From Lingula anatina (Eukaryota > Animalia > Brachiopoda): a DNA stretch of 64,000 bases. The stretch covers positions 62,164,788 to 62,228,787 of the forward strand of contig CM120640.1 of NCBI GenBank assembly GCA_051362555.1. Direction: 5' to 3'. Positions 39,216-51,500 of this stretch are shown piece by piece. Each line of letters opens with the position of its first letter. The stretch's first letter is position 1. A model generated the notes under the pieces. That model was not told where the DNA came from, made no database searches, and was given only the letters and a program-made list of their open reading frames with translations. The translations under genes and the position numbers were made by a program.

Positions 39216-39233
39216 CACACACACACGCGCTCG

Positions 39234-39279
<46 letters not shown>
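39216..39279. repeat. (CA)n microsatellite
   Basis: Direct reading. Confidence 0.95.
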
Positions 39280-39280
<1 letters not shown>

Positions 39281-40254
39281 TTCGCATGAATACTATAATG
39301 TACCACTCTTGATACTGCGGAAACTAATTGGTTCGACCATTAAGGATGAGTCTTGTTAATACAGCTCTAAGTACCTTTAGTCAAAGTTGTGAGTGATAAA
39401 TGATTAACTATAAAAAACACTTATCTGTTTCAAGGCACCTGTGTTTAGTTGACTTAATTCCCCACCTCTTAAGTGACCACGTGGGGATTGCAACTTGGCA
39501 AATTGTAAGATACAGTGTTTCTGTAGACACATTCAGCAACAGTATGATACCTGCATGTTAAGCAAACGGACTTGTATCTTAGGAGAAACCGTACGAGAAC
39601 ATCTTCGGTTTCACAAAAAGGCATGTCTATGGATTAACCGGATAGCCGACTATGTAAAGTCGACTTAACAGCAATGGTCTCATAATGTTTTACGAATGGT
39701 TAAACAATTGTAAGATAGTTGTATTCCAATGGCATGAAGATGAGCAGAAATTAGTGACAAGACAACGCCTACGTCGTCACAGATCTCTTGATCGTTGTTA
39801 TCATGATTGGTTGGGAGGGGGGTTCGAACAATAATTTTAGACCTTGTTGATGATTATCTATCATCATGCGGTCACCGTAAATGTTTTGTGGGGTAAGAAG
39901 AACTGACCCCCTAGTGGTCAAAGAGTGTTGACATGAAGTTCACTATAAAAGCTTAAAAGGTCATGACCATCCAATCTTCTTTGATGACTTAAATATATCG
40001 AGAGTATTTCCTAATTGGAATAATGTTGTGTGCCCTCTTAGTTAACGCTATAGCGTGCCTCACAGTTGACCGAAAATTTTAGTCTTTAAGCTAAATAAAT
40101 AAATGAATAAATAAATAATGAACAATGTAAGCAACATGTTAGATTTTTCTTGAAAGTCACAGATACACCAGTTTTCAAAAAATCCTAAGATTTAAGACTT
40201 TTCGTCAAACAGGGCCAAGGAGTTGATTCTACAAGTTTTTACTTAAGTCCTTGT

Positions 40255-40255
<1 letters not shown>

Positions 40256-40307
<52 letters not shown>
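40256..40307 (+). repeat. Poly(A) tract of about 50 nt
   Basis: Direct reading. Other long homopolymers: poly-T at about 36964-37001 and 29095-29124, poly-G at about 54665-54702. Confidence 0.9.
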
Positions 40308-40308
<1 letters not shown>

Positions 40309-43300
40309 AGAGCCAAGAAAACTGCGATCATAGGAAACCCATTGCATATGGCCTCATCACCACGACGAATGTTCAGAGAGAATTGATTTCCGAAAATGAT
40401 TTCCCGTTTCCGTACTAGACATATTGTTTACTGGCCGCCAAAAGTTCATGTCCAAGACAACAAGTATCATCATCCAACAGGGAGGGCGAGCGAGATAAAA
40501 AACGATCGTATTAGCTTGAAAGAAGAGGGAAGAGAATGCGTGGAAATATAGTTCTATGAAATGATCAGATACATGTATGAATACCATCTGCGAGCGAGGA
40601 AAGTGGCCCACGGTGATTGCTTTAAAGATCGAAATGCGAACTGATAAGGCCTTTTCGAATTATTCCAAATTTGTAGATATGAATCCCTAAAGGCTTCATT
40701 AGCTAACATTTAAAACGATGCCGAGTAACTGACTGATATCTCATAAACAAAACCTGTCAATTCATCAAAACAACTCATGCCCACAGGAAACAACTGCAGC
40801 TTTTCTTCCTTTTCAAATCGTAATTTGAAACCTCAGGGTGGGCGCGGGTGATTCTGATGGCACAAGAAATGGAGAAGCCTTAGACATCCTGCAGGTTTAC
40901 ATAACATGGAGCACATCATTATAACGCTCATTTTCGTTACGAGAACAAGATCCAAGTTGCTTTAAGTCTGAGTTTATTATATTTTATCACTGATTTAGAA
41001 CGCATGATTAATTACAGCGTAGCACTGCTCATTGTCAATGATTCTAATTTATTGTGAAAGAGATGAAGTCAAAACCCTGGCAGATACGACTGTTGTTAAA
41101 AAGGTCATAAATTGGTAAGACTGATTTATCCTAGGGATCCTCCGAAGTAATAGGTATCATCTTCTTTTAATCAACCTCTCAATGCTCCCACTTTATGAGC
41201 CTGATTTTGTTACTTTTAGTATCTCTGACTAGATTTATATGATGGCATGCTGTTCTTTAAGAGCAGGTGTGTTCATTTCTTGTAAAACATGATTCAAATG
41301 ATGTAAATGACATTCGAGGGTTCAGAACAGTATGTGCATCTTTGCAAAATCTCTTTTTGGCGGCTAGTAGGCAAAATGAGCAAGTCGTCTAGAGATTTTG
41401 GCCACATATGCTATCTCTGCATGTGGGCCTGCATGTACAATATCTCACATTCTCACATTTTCGATTCTTGAATGCTTCTACATATTTCCGTTTTTATTTT
41501 TTTCTGCTCCTTGGTCTCCGTTACTTTGAAGTTTGCGTGCTGTGTTAACAATGTATCTACTGGCGTGATGGTGATGGCATTTATTATTGGCACATAGACA
41601 AGGCACTCGCCTGTTTGCCTATTGTGTAACGGCGGTAACTTGTATCCTTTTGTGTATGTCTTTGTTGGGTCATTACACAAAAAAAAATGAGCATTGAGTC
41701 ACGTCAGTGACGCGCGAGTCCTGAGTAATATTTGTACAACTATCTTATATCACTTTTTAATTATTGTTTATTTATTTCCATATCGGAAGGTACTGTACTA
41801 TAGAGCAGAGGAAATGTGTGACTCACCGCCCTGACTAAAATGTTTTTTTTTTTTTTTTTTTTTTTTTTGAGTAGTCCTGCTCTAATAGTGTAACTGTCTA
41901 CAGCTACCTTCTTGATGGGTCTTTTACTTTGTTTGTGTGGTTCTAAATTTGTTTTGTTTTTATGCAGAGTTTATTATCCGTGTCTTTTTAAGATATGTCT
42001 AAGCATTTGTCTGCTGTTTCCATCCATAAGTGATCAAATAGGAATAAGAAGTAGACAATATAATTTGTTCCATCTGTCCTGAATAAACAGCAAGCACGAA
42101 AAATCCATCAGTATTGATATTAGCAGCATCATTATGTGAGAAAATGTGACGTAAATTATGAAAAGGTTTTACGCCCTTTCAAAAACGGTGATAATGTACG
42201 AGTATTACTATTCATTACACATTCGCTTTGTTTGGTAAAAATGCGGGTTCCTTTCAAAAACCAGCAAGATCGTGTTATTTTATACGAAAGTGTTCTTTTT
42301 AATGGCGAGTACATTGTGGTCAACTGCAGATGTGTTACAACACAATGGGTCTAAGTAAATACATTCTTATGTCTGACTACCTCAACAAATGTCTGTGGTA
42401 ATAACGACTTAAGTGTCGGATGCAGATGTTTTGTGCAGATTTGAAGCCCTTTGTAATAGGTAAATTATGAAATAAAAACGAAAAACGAACAAAGAAGGCA
42501 ACCTTAGAGGATTCCTGAACTTTTTAATGCCACGTTTCGCCGTGCTCGGTTATATCACAATGCGCACGGGAATTTTCTTCAGAATCATGATGATAAGAAC
42601 GCTGATCATAAAATTTGTGTTAAGCTTGCTTTTAATTCACACAATGAGCTTTAGCTAGCAAAATTGCACTTTATTTATGGAAATTTCAAAACCTTTCCCA
42701 TAATTGACAAGATATGTGCCGGAGGACGAACCACTGTGCTCACCTTGCTTGAACACAGTCAACAAGCATGGATGTCCGAATGTTTACAAAATACCAACGA
42801 GTGCAAGTACAGTGAAAACTTTTATTTAGTCTGACTTTTATTTGATACAATAAATACAGCTACATTATTCAGAAATATGCTATGCAGTAAAATTAAACTT
42901 TTCTTTCTCATATAACTTTTTGGTAGCACACCGCTTGCAATTCTATGGGTCATAGGTCAGCCCTTGGAACTGCATAGAGCAACTGGCAATTTCAATGAGT
43001 GCTATACCTTTTAAAAGGAAATAATACATCATGTATTTCATATCAATTGCGTTAAATTCTCTTGTCACTCATTTCCCCCTGAATATGCAATCTGATGTTT
43101 GCGTTTTATTTGTCCCAGTAACAAGTTTTAGCATTCATGCATTGGCACTTGCAAATGAGGATGCCTGATGATTTGACAAGAAAAGAGAAGTGCTCCTGGA
43201 CAGCCTATAGGATTTCGCGTGATGGTTGATTTCCAAAATCAACCATCCCCACTCTCTGAAATGCTGATTGTTAAGACCATATTCTAGTGAAATATTGCAC

Positions 43301-43515
43301 GTCTGTCACGAAATTGCGCTTTTATCGCGCCTAGAAATCAGACTCGAACACCAGATAACAACAACATTTTAATTGATATGTACGATGTATTAAACTAAAC
43401 TACAATCATGGCAAATATCATAATATCATATCACAAAAACACCCAAAGAGCTATCACACTTAAGCCTATAGCACTTTTTTACGTATTTAAGAAAAATCAC
43501 TTTTACGCACACTAA

Positions 43516-44250
43516 CGTAAGCTGCACGTTACATTTGTGTCGTACACGTTTCGAGCACGCAAACAAACCTGGTTTACATTTGCATAAGTGGGGGTGGGGG
43601 GATAAAGAAATTGAACATGTTCAGATTTTTCAGTGTATATGAGCTTGAGAGTCATAAGTAACCCATACGCAAGAGTGAGGCTTAAGGTACATTGCAGTAC
43701 GCGGTTCATACGGTAGTCGGTAAAGCCAGCGTATGTGACGTAATGCTGACGAACGAGTTACATATCTCTAACGATTGATAAACGTATGTTAATGTATGTC
43801 TGGCGTATATTAACGTATCCCTTGCGTATATCAGCGTATGCCGAACTGATTTAATGTATATCTGATGCATGTTTGGCGTATGGAAAATGTACATGTATCC
43901 CTTGCGTTTTGTAATATGTGGTATAAACAGAGGTCTCTGTCCACAGCCTCATCACAGCGGTTCCAGACAGAGATACTGGAAGTACCTGTTTCTTAACACC
44001 AATATGATCTTTTCAATGTTCAAAGTTATGAACCGTAGAACGATACAAATCCGTTATTGTAAGGCTCACATACGTTGCTCGTACACACATATACGGTGCT
44101 CGTACGCTCATATACGGTACTCGTGCGCCCGTTCGCAGTACTCATACGTTGATATACGCCACACTTGCGATGACATACGTTAAGATACGCTCGTATACGT
44201 TATGCACACGCAATGCAGACGCAAGTCGTACGATGCAAATGCGCTACAAA
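43516..44250. mobile_element. Foldback-like element with inverted arms built of 21-bp CGTAT/ATACG units
   Basis: Left arm units start at 43783, 43804 and 43825. Right arm units in the opposite orientation start at 44078, 44099, 44120 and 44141. 43801-43818 matches the reverse complement of 44144-44161 at 17/18. Outer boundaries are approximate. Confidence 0.6.
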
Positions 44251-47200
44251 GGAAAAGGGTGATTTCGCTCGCCCAAAGATGCACGTATAATCGATTTCAC
44301 ATAAGACACTCGTACAAGACTTAATACGCTAGAGTGTGACAGAGCCTTTAGCTACTGATATATTATTATCTCCGATCCACAGTATTGTTCGATCGTGCCG
44401 TGTGCACAGGTGCAGTAAGTCTGCACTTGTTGATGGAACGTTCGCTCAGGAAGAAGCTCAGTTTTCAACTTTGCAATGGAATCGAGCACCGGAATTGCGC
44501 ACGCTCGTAATCACAAACATAGAATTCTTTTGAGAGAAGCAGATATAATAACAGCAGTCATCTCTGTCTATCTGGAAACATGTTCGTATTAGCTTCTTTG
44601 ACCTTCGTGTGGTTGGTAATAAAAACGATCCCAAAAAAAGAACGTTATTAATGTAACGCTGTGTCTGTATAGATATAATATGGCAGAACCCCACACGCAA
44701 ATGCAAATTGAGAAAATGCCGTCGTAAAGAAGCCTATTTATTTCATAGCTATGCGGGAGACTTATTTGTTATAATTTTTTTTCAATTTGGTAAACGCACA
44801 CTACCAGCTCATAGACATTTACGACTGCAGGGATGAGAAAATATTATTTTCTTCTGATTGAAAAGGACTAAGCCTCACGGACTCCATTTTTTTAGATTAA
44901 ACGACCTCAAAGCTAAGGTCCTCGTGTCCGCTGGGCGATTCTCTTATGAAGAAACATAAATGGACGTAGTTGATTTAAATGCCTGTGCGGTACAATTGCT
45001 TCCGTCGGTAATAAAAACCTGGGGATGATCATGATTCTTCTCGTTTATTGGAAGAACGGTAGTGTGTTTAAAAACTGGCCCTCTAAGAAACCAGTAAGTC
45101 CTCAGTAATAAGGTTATTAAATGTCTTTGCAAAGATGTAAGTAGTTAACATCCGTATACAACCCTGCAATAGTGAAGTATTTGAGGCAGTGTGCTTTTCA
45201 GCTTCACTGTGTAAAAGATATCAGCTTAGCAACCTATCAATCCTCACAAGTACTGGACTGGGAGTTTTTACCTATAAACTGATAAAAACACACCTGACGG
45301 CTTGAATGCAGTTTGCCGGTCGTGACTTCATCTCAATGACGACGTATATAAGAACTGCATTACAAATCGCAAACACATGTTAGACGGTTGGATATCGGTG
45401 ATCACTGACACTCATCTACACGTTGTGAAATTGTGGAAATAATATTGAAAATTGCGCACATGCCAGAACCGCTTTGCAAATTGAAACGGTCGAACATTAT
45501 TTGTTTTAACATGGAAATTTATTAATATGTGCAATCTGATAATGGGAAATTCCATTCACGGATATCAACACAAGGCATGAAGCCTTCCTAAATTGCTATG
45601 CGCCGTTTTCGAGGATGATGGGTATTCACTGTGACTTTTCCTGAGTCATAGAAAGGTTTCAGACACGCTTCTTTTTATTCTGAAAAGGCAAAAGCAGTAT
45701 TCAAACATCATTTTGACAGGCTTGTAATTAACATTTGCAATTTACATTTATTTTTATGTACTGGACATGTTGCTTGGGTTCTCCTGGATATTCAAAATAT
45801 TTCCTACAGCAAAAGTCAGAATTTTTCTTCTTCTCTCAATTGCCTTTTGCATTAACAGGGCGCTGTGGTAAAAAAAAAGCTCAAAGTAAACTAGTGTCTC
45901 AGAAATACGCACCTCCCCAGGGTTTATTTGTAATATATAAGAAAATTGAATGGGGATGTTGTTATAATGTTCCTGTATAGCCTGTTCCCCCGAGAACATA
46001 ACTACTGTTAGGAAAGTCCTGAGGTCAATGAACTGACCCGGTGGTCAGTAAGGAATATAAATTCTATCAGGCCCGACGGCAAGAACGGTTTGGGGGGAGG
46101 GGGTCAAAAGGACCGGTCCTTTGGCTACAAAAAATGTACACTTTGAATCCAAGTGTAGGGCTATGCTATTGCAAAAGTTGTGTCATCAAAGGGGAATTTT
46201 TTTCAAAAGGTCCACTTTTTTGGAAAAAGACCTCCTTTCCCTTTAAAATTGTAAGGTACTGGGCTGGTCTTCCTCTCTTTATGAATATATGATTAGAAGT
46301 TTGCGCAAAGCAGATTGGATCGAGCGGCAACGTGGGTCCAGCCAAACGTTTGTCAACTAAAGAAAACAGCAGAGCAATGGCAACCTCTTGTAGCAAACGG
46401 TTTGAAATAGACTGCAATCTCTTTCATTAGGAGATAGTTGTGAGATGGCTGTGTGTGTGAACGCGACTTTATGAGTTTTGCACCTGATGCCCCCGATCAG
46501 CGTTTCAAACAAATAGCACAAAGGCTTTCTTTTGGTCTCCAGTGGCGATTTGCATGAAGAAACTAATACAGAATCTGGGAAATTATTCCGGGAAAGTACT
46601 TCAGACAGTGTGATAGAGTAGTAACGTGACGAAGTGCATTTCCCATTAGACCAATCGAGTGTTTTCTTTTACTTCAGTTGTACTTCTACACCTGGGTTTC
46701 GCTTTGATATACAGTGTGAGTGTTATTTTACGTACTTTTAACATTTTTTCTGTTGACTTATCTCATCAAAGATTGCGTAAAGGTATTTTGTTCACTGAAA
46801 CTCAAAGCAGGCGTAAAAGAGCCTTGAGGGACTGCAAATTGCAAATTTCCTCACATCGATTGTGACATGAATGAAATTATCTTGATGAGATTTTTTCCAA
46901 GAAGAGATAGGAAAATGTAGACAATTTGGTCAAATATAATTGAGACTGAAAATTTTGTCATCCCCAAGTGGGTAACAATTTTAATAACAGTATTTCTACC
47001 TTTAGTTGACTGATTGAGATGGCGAATCCCCCCAAAATACAGATCAGATCCTGTGTGTCAAAATAACAGATAAATGATTTGCGTAGATTTTATGTTATAC
47101 CGTATATCACAAATCAAGAACAAATTGTCTTGGGACTTAGAAAAGCGTGAAAACTCTTTAAAAAGACACGACAGCAGCTGGCACATGAAATAAGGGACAA

Positions 47201-48698
47201 ACGACATTATTGTCGAAAGGCAACCCTGGATCAGAAAGAAATCCAAAATGATGATTCCGCTATTTGGACACTCACATCTTCTAAGTAGGTCCTAATGGCC
47301 TCCTTATACAGTGTATGACCAAAGCATCTTTTAGCGCTCAAAAGTAATGTTTTATATATCCTCTCCTGCCAGCAGGTGATAGGTCAATGGCCCTTGATGA
47401 CCAGATTATACCACAAAATTGCGCATTCATCATGGGCTGTCTTTTTATCTATTTTGCTATCAATTATATAGAAGTGGATCTTCATCAATTGCTGTCACCG
47501 TTTGTTGAAGTGTCGTGATACCTATCAGTCCGTGCCGTAGATTTCTCATTCCAAAGGAGAAGTTTACATTGCGCGTATTCTTTCGGGTTTTTTTTTAAGC
47601 AGATGGGATGACTCAAAATTGCAGTGCGGTTAAGAATTCTCAGCTGCAGAACGCAGACAACAATTTCACCGTGTTTTAACGACAGCATTTCGAGATGGCG
47701 GGAAATGAATGGCAAAGAATTATAATTTGGAGAAAACAGAGTGCTATAGAAAAATTGGATTTAGAACGAATTTAGCCCAAGGATCAGCGACAAATGACCA
47801 AAAGATATTGTTTTCTAGATAGCCTTGTAGCTCGCTAAGAGTACAATTAAGTAACTTGGGCTGCCTTCACAACCAGTTGATTGGCGGGCTAACTATGGAT
47901 TAACGCCTCCCACGCTCTCCGTCATAGCAGGGGCATAGCAATTAAGTCTGGGCACGCTTTCAATTGGGTAGCGCCATATTTGATCCGTGGACTAGTTAGT
48001 CGGCGGATTAACTGGTTGTGAATACGGCCCAAGTCGATGAAGGTTGGGCAGTTATGACAATCCCGTACGGGTTTAACTTTGAATTTGTTGGATAGTTCGA
48101 TGTAGCTTTTTCCAATGATCTAAATTTCGTAACAATCTCCAACGGATAATTGGGTTGCCCAGGCTTTGTTTTTTAGATCGACTTTGCTTCTCTTTGCAGA
48201 TGCAACCGGAAAATGTTATTACAGAATAACCGATAACAGGCTCCCAGTGAGGAGAGTGTGAACCGTGTGAAAAACGCATCATCACCCACTCAGACCATCG
48301 GCGAAATAACTAGTAAGGTGGATATTTTTTATAAGAGAATTCTCAGCGGTCATAGAGATACCAGCCATCAGTGATTACTTCCTGCCCCAGTTCTCATTCA
48401 CGGAAAACAGAAGTATTCCAATGCTGTTTACCTAATAGCTTGGAGATTGCTGTGGGCTGCTCAACTCTTTGACGGTGTGCCAGTCGGACGTGATGAATTG
48501 ATAAAGAATGCATTGAGATTTTGAATCTGCCTTTTAAATGTTTTGGACTTGAACATTTTTATTTCTGTGTGGTACTGTAGTGTACTTTTCCACTGAAGCC
48601 GATAGTAACTGCTTACTTGCCAATTTTCAAAATACGTGGTTAAGTTACAGGACTGGTGTGATACTGTGAATTAACTACAAATCAAACACGTTGTCAAG

Positions 48699-50510
48699 AT
48701 GGCGAATGATACTACAGCTTATACAACTTTAACGTGGGTTTCAAATGTGACACCAGCGAGAGGTGCAGGTGAGGATTTAATTCCGCCACACTGTCAAGGA
48801 CCCAGCGGCCACGCCAACATGTGCTCATGGCAGTTTATATTGCTAACAACCACGTTGGTTATCTTGGAATTCATGGTCGTGCTGGGAAATATACTAGTCA
48901 TCGTTGCGACGGTGAAATTTCGCAGACTTCGGCGGCGGATTACAAACTCTTTCATTGCAAGTTTAGCCGTAGCGGACCTGCTTTTGGGGATTTTTGTATT
49001 GCCTTTATCAATAACAAATGAAGTCTCAAAACACTGGGTCTTCGGGCCTTTGATCTGCGACATGTGGCTGGCAGTTGACGTCTGGTTGTCCACGGCTTCG
49101 ATACTGAACTTGTGTGTCATCAGCTTTGACAGATACCTTGCCATAACGCGCCCCATCAAATACATGAGCCGCATGACAAAAAGAATGGCACGTTTCCTCA
49201 TAGCAGGTGCTTGGCTACTTGCGTTCTTGGTCTGTTTTCCGCCCCTATTAGGGTGGACGGATAGACATTTTGGACAGCCTATAACAGAGGTGACACTGAG
49301 CCCGAAAAAGGTGACGCAACGTGACGCAAATCTGACAGTCTTCAAAATGACTATGGAAACAAGCACAGTTCAATTCACAAAAGATAATTACCAGCTGCAT
49401 ACAAATAGGTTAAATAAGCTAGAAGACGTTGGGCAAATATACAAGAATGTGACACCTCACAAACTGAATTCAAGCAATGGCATGATGTCTAATGGAGAAA
49501 GTATGCATTCATGCAATCTTGTCGCTGAACCTGGGTATCGTATATTTTCCGCTCTCGGTTCCTTCTACATCCCGCTTGTATTTTTATTATTTTTCTATTG
49601 GAGAATCTACAGGGCCGCGTCAAAGACGAATCTCGCAATTCGCCAAGGTGAGAAAATTACGCGATCGTCTGCTATTGGCAACGAAAAGTCGGATGATGTT
49701 GTGACACTAAGAATTCATAGAGGGCGCGACAGCTCGTTGTCGTCTTGCAAATATTCGTTGGAGAAGCCGCCACCGATCAACCAATTATCGAGGAGCAGTG
49801 AAGTATCAGATGAAGATTCAATAGAGAACGTAACCGAAATTCCCGAGTTAGGTAGCGTGCAAAGTTACGAGTCTCTCGCTCATGTGCACAGTGTGAACGG
49901 AACGGAAGTGGCAGTCACCAAGTGTGTGGTTAGTAATTGTAAACTTAACGTCGACGGTGAAAACTCAGAAACGACCACTACGAGTAGTCATCATAACAGT
50001 GAAGACATTGACGTGTACAGCGACGTGGGCTTAGTTTTGAAACCTTACTTTGTGCTTCAGAAAATAAAGACAGAAAAAAATGCTATCACACGGGCCCTCA
50101 CTGCTACGGCATCTCCAACCAGACGGAGAATTCAGCAAAATAACTCTAGCGCCAATTTGGCCAACAGATACTCTATGCGTGCCATCAGAAGGCAAAATTT
50201 GAAAAAGGCCATAAAGCGAGCCCAGCGTGAGACAAAGGCAGCTAAAACGGTGGCTATAATTGTTGGCGCGTTTGTACTTTGCTGGTTGCCTTTCTTTGTA
50301 GTGTATCTGATCGGAGCGTTCTGTGTTCTGTGTGTGCCCGAGTCACTCTTTACAATTTTCTTTTGGATCGGGTACTGTAACAGTGCCATCAATCCTTGCA
50401 TTTATGCGTTTTTTTCGAAGGACTATCGACAAGCTTTCTTTGCGTTAACCACCTGTAAACGCCATTTCATGCAACACAGTGGACAATCGATTTTCCAAAC
50501 AAACGGCTAG
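48699..50510 (+). CDS. Class A aminergic GPCR, alpha-adrenergic-like octopamine receptor (OAMB/Oct-alpha1 type), intronless CDS, 603 aa
   Basis: Seven TM segments with GNxxV, LAVADL, CxxWLAVDVW, DRY, CFPPLLGW, GYxxFSALGSFYIP, KAAKTVAIIVG, CWLPFF and WIGYCNSAINPCIY. WLAVDVW, CFPPLxGW, SALGSFYIP and the ICL3 motif TLRIHRG are characteristic of Oct-alpha1/OAMB receptors. A possible 5'UTR acceptor ends at 48199; AATAAA at 50674. Confidence 0.9.
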   Translation: MANDTTAYTTLTWVSNVTPARGAGEDLIPPHCQGPSGHANMCSWQFILLTTTLVILEFMVVLGNILVIVATVKFRRLRRRITNSFIASLAVADLLLGIFVLPLSITNEVSKHWVFGPLICDMWLAVDVWLSTASILNLCVISFDRYLAITRPIKYMSRMTKRMARFLIAGAWLLAFLVCFPPLLGWTDRHFGQPITEVTLSPKKVTQRDANLTVFKMTMETSTVQFTKDNYQLHTNRLNKLEDVGQIYKNVTPHKLNSSNGMMSNGESMHSCNLVAEPGYRIFSALGSFYIPLVFLLFFYWRIYRAASKTNLAIRQGEKITRSSAIGNEKSDDVVTLRIHRGRDSSLSSCKYSLEKPPPINQLSRSSEVSDEDSIENVTEIPELGSVQSYESLAHVHSVNGTEVAVTKCVVSNCKLNVDGENSETTTTSSHHNSEDIDVYSDVGLVLKPYFVLQKIKTEKNAITRALTATASPTRRRIQQNNSSANLANRYSMRAIRRQNLKKAIKRAQRETKAAKTVAIIVGAFVLCWLPFFVVYLIGAFCVLCVPESLFTIFFWIGYCNSAINPCIYAFFSKDYRQAFFALTTCKRHFMQHSGQSIFQTNG

Positions 50511-51427
50511 ATGTTTAAAAAAACTGCTCTTGATACCAAAGCAACGTTCAAACTGGAAATCAAGGAAGTCGTGAAAAATCAAGTTATTTGTTGTTTATGT
50601 GATATCTATTGCTTTCAATTTTGCTATTTAAGAACTGTCCTTTTAGGTTTGCTATCGCTCTTATTTGATATGAAATAAAGGTAACACAGTTGGCAGCTAC
50701 AGACTTCATATATTGTCATTGCCTGCTATTCAATAAATCCATTAGGCATTTTTACGTTCTTCCCATAGGCTGTGATTATCTCATAGGTTTGTTGTATCAA
50801 TTTCCATGACATTTCTAACATTTCTGTCCGTGCGTCATCTCCGTTGATTGATTGTGTGATACGGTAGTTTGTCTTTTGTGCACGAATATTGTCAAACAAA
50901 TAACATAGGGTTCTCGCCCGTCCTTCTGGAATTGATTGTTTTCAAAGCTACGGCTACTACAGGATATAAATGAGGTTGGGATTTATAAAGCAAAGCTATT
51001 TCACAACAAAAACAAAAGCTATTTGCGTACCGGAACAAACACATATTGATGTTGAAAAAGTTGCTTAGCTGTCGTTTGTACATGTAAGTACAATACTTTT
51101 TTGGCTTTCGTAAAAAAACAGTTCGTTCATGAATTGCTCGCTAGTTTATAGCTGAAATATCATGTATCAACAGTAGCAAAACATATGCATGATGGAAGTA
51201 AATTATTTGAAGGGTTAGCACGAATCAGCACAGTTGAGTATGTATTTCTACTGTATTTACGTCAATACAAAGTGCAACCACAACCACATTACCAAAATGC
51301 TGACATATGTAATGCAAGAAATTCTCAGTAAAACTGTAAAAATACTAGTATACACTGTAACTGTATCCCCGCAAGTAAATGTTTCTGAAATATTTTGTTT
51401 CACTGTTATAAAGACACACACACACAC

Positions 51428-51432
<5 letters not shown>

Positions 51433-51497
<65 letters not shown>
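51433..51497. repeat. (TA)n microsatellite preceded by short (CA)n
   Basis: Direct reading. It accounts for the YIYIYI ORFs in the track. Confidence 0.95.

Positions 51498-51500
<3 letters not shown>

Noticed and set aside
40380-40650. Plus-frame FPKMISRFRTRHIVYWPPK, vaguely like the Tc1/mariner ISR...WPPRSPDL region
   Set aside because: The SPDL motif is absent and the frame has stops; too weak without a profile search.
21300-48200. Second nonapeptide paralogue or GnRH/corazonin-type gene, expected from chordate synteny
   Set aside because: Manual scanning for NCP..GKR or NGW..GKR coding patterns found nothing credible. A tBLASTn search would be needed to exclude small exons.
48794-49366. 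190-aa minus-strand ORF (and 50132-50401)
   Set aside because: Antisense shadows of the GPCR transmembrane-coding sequence.
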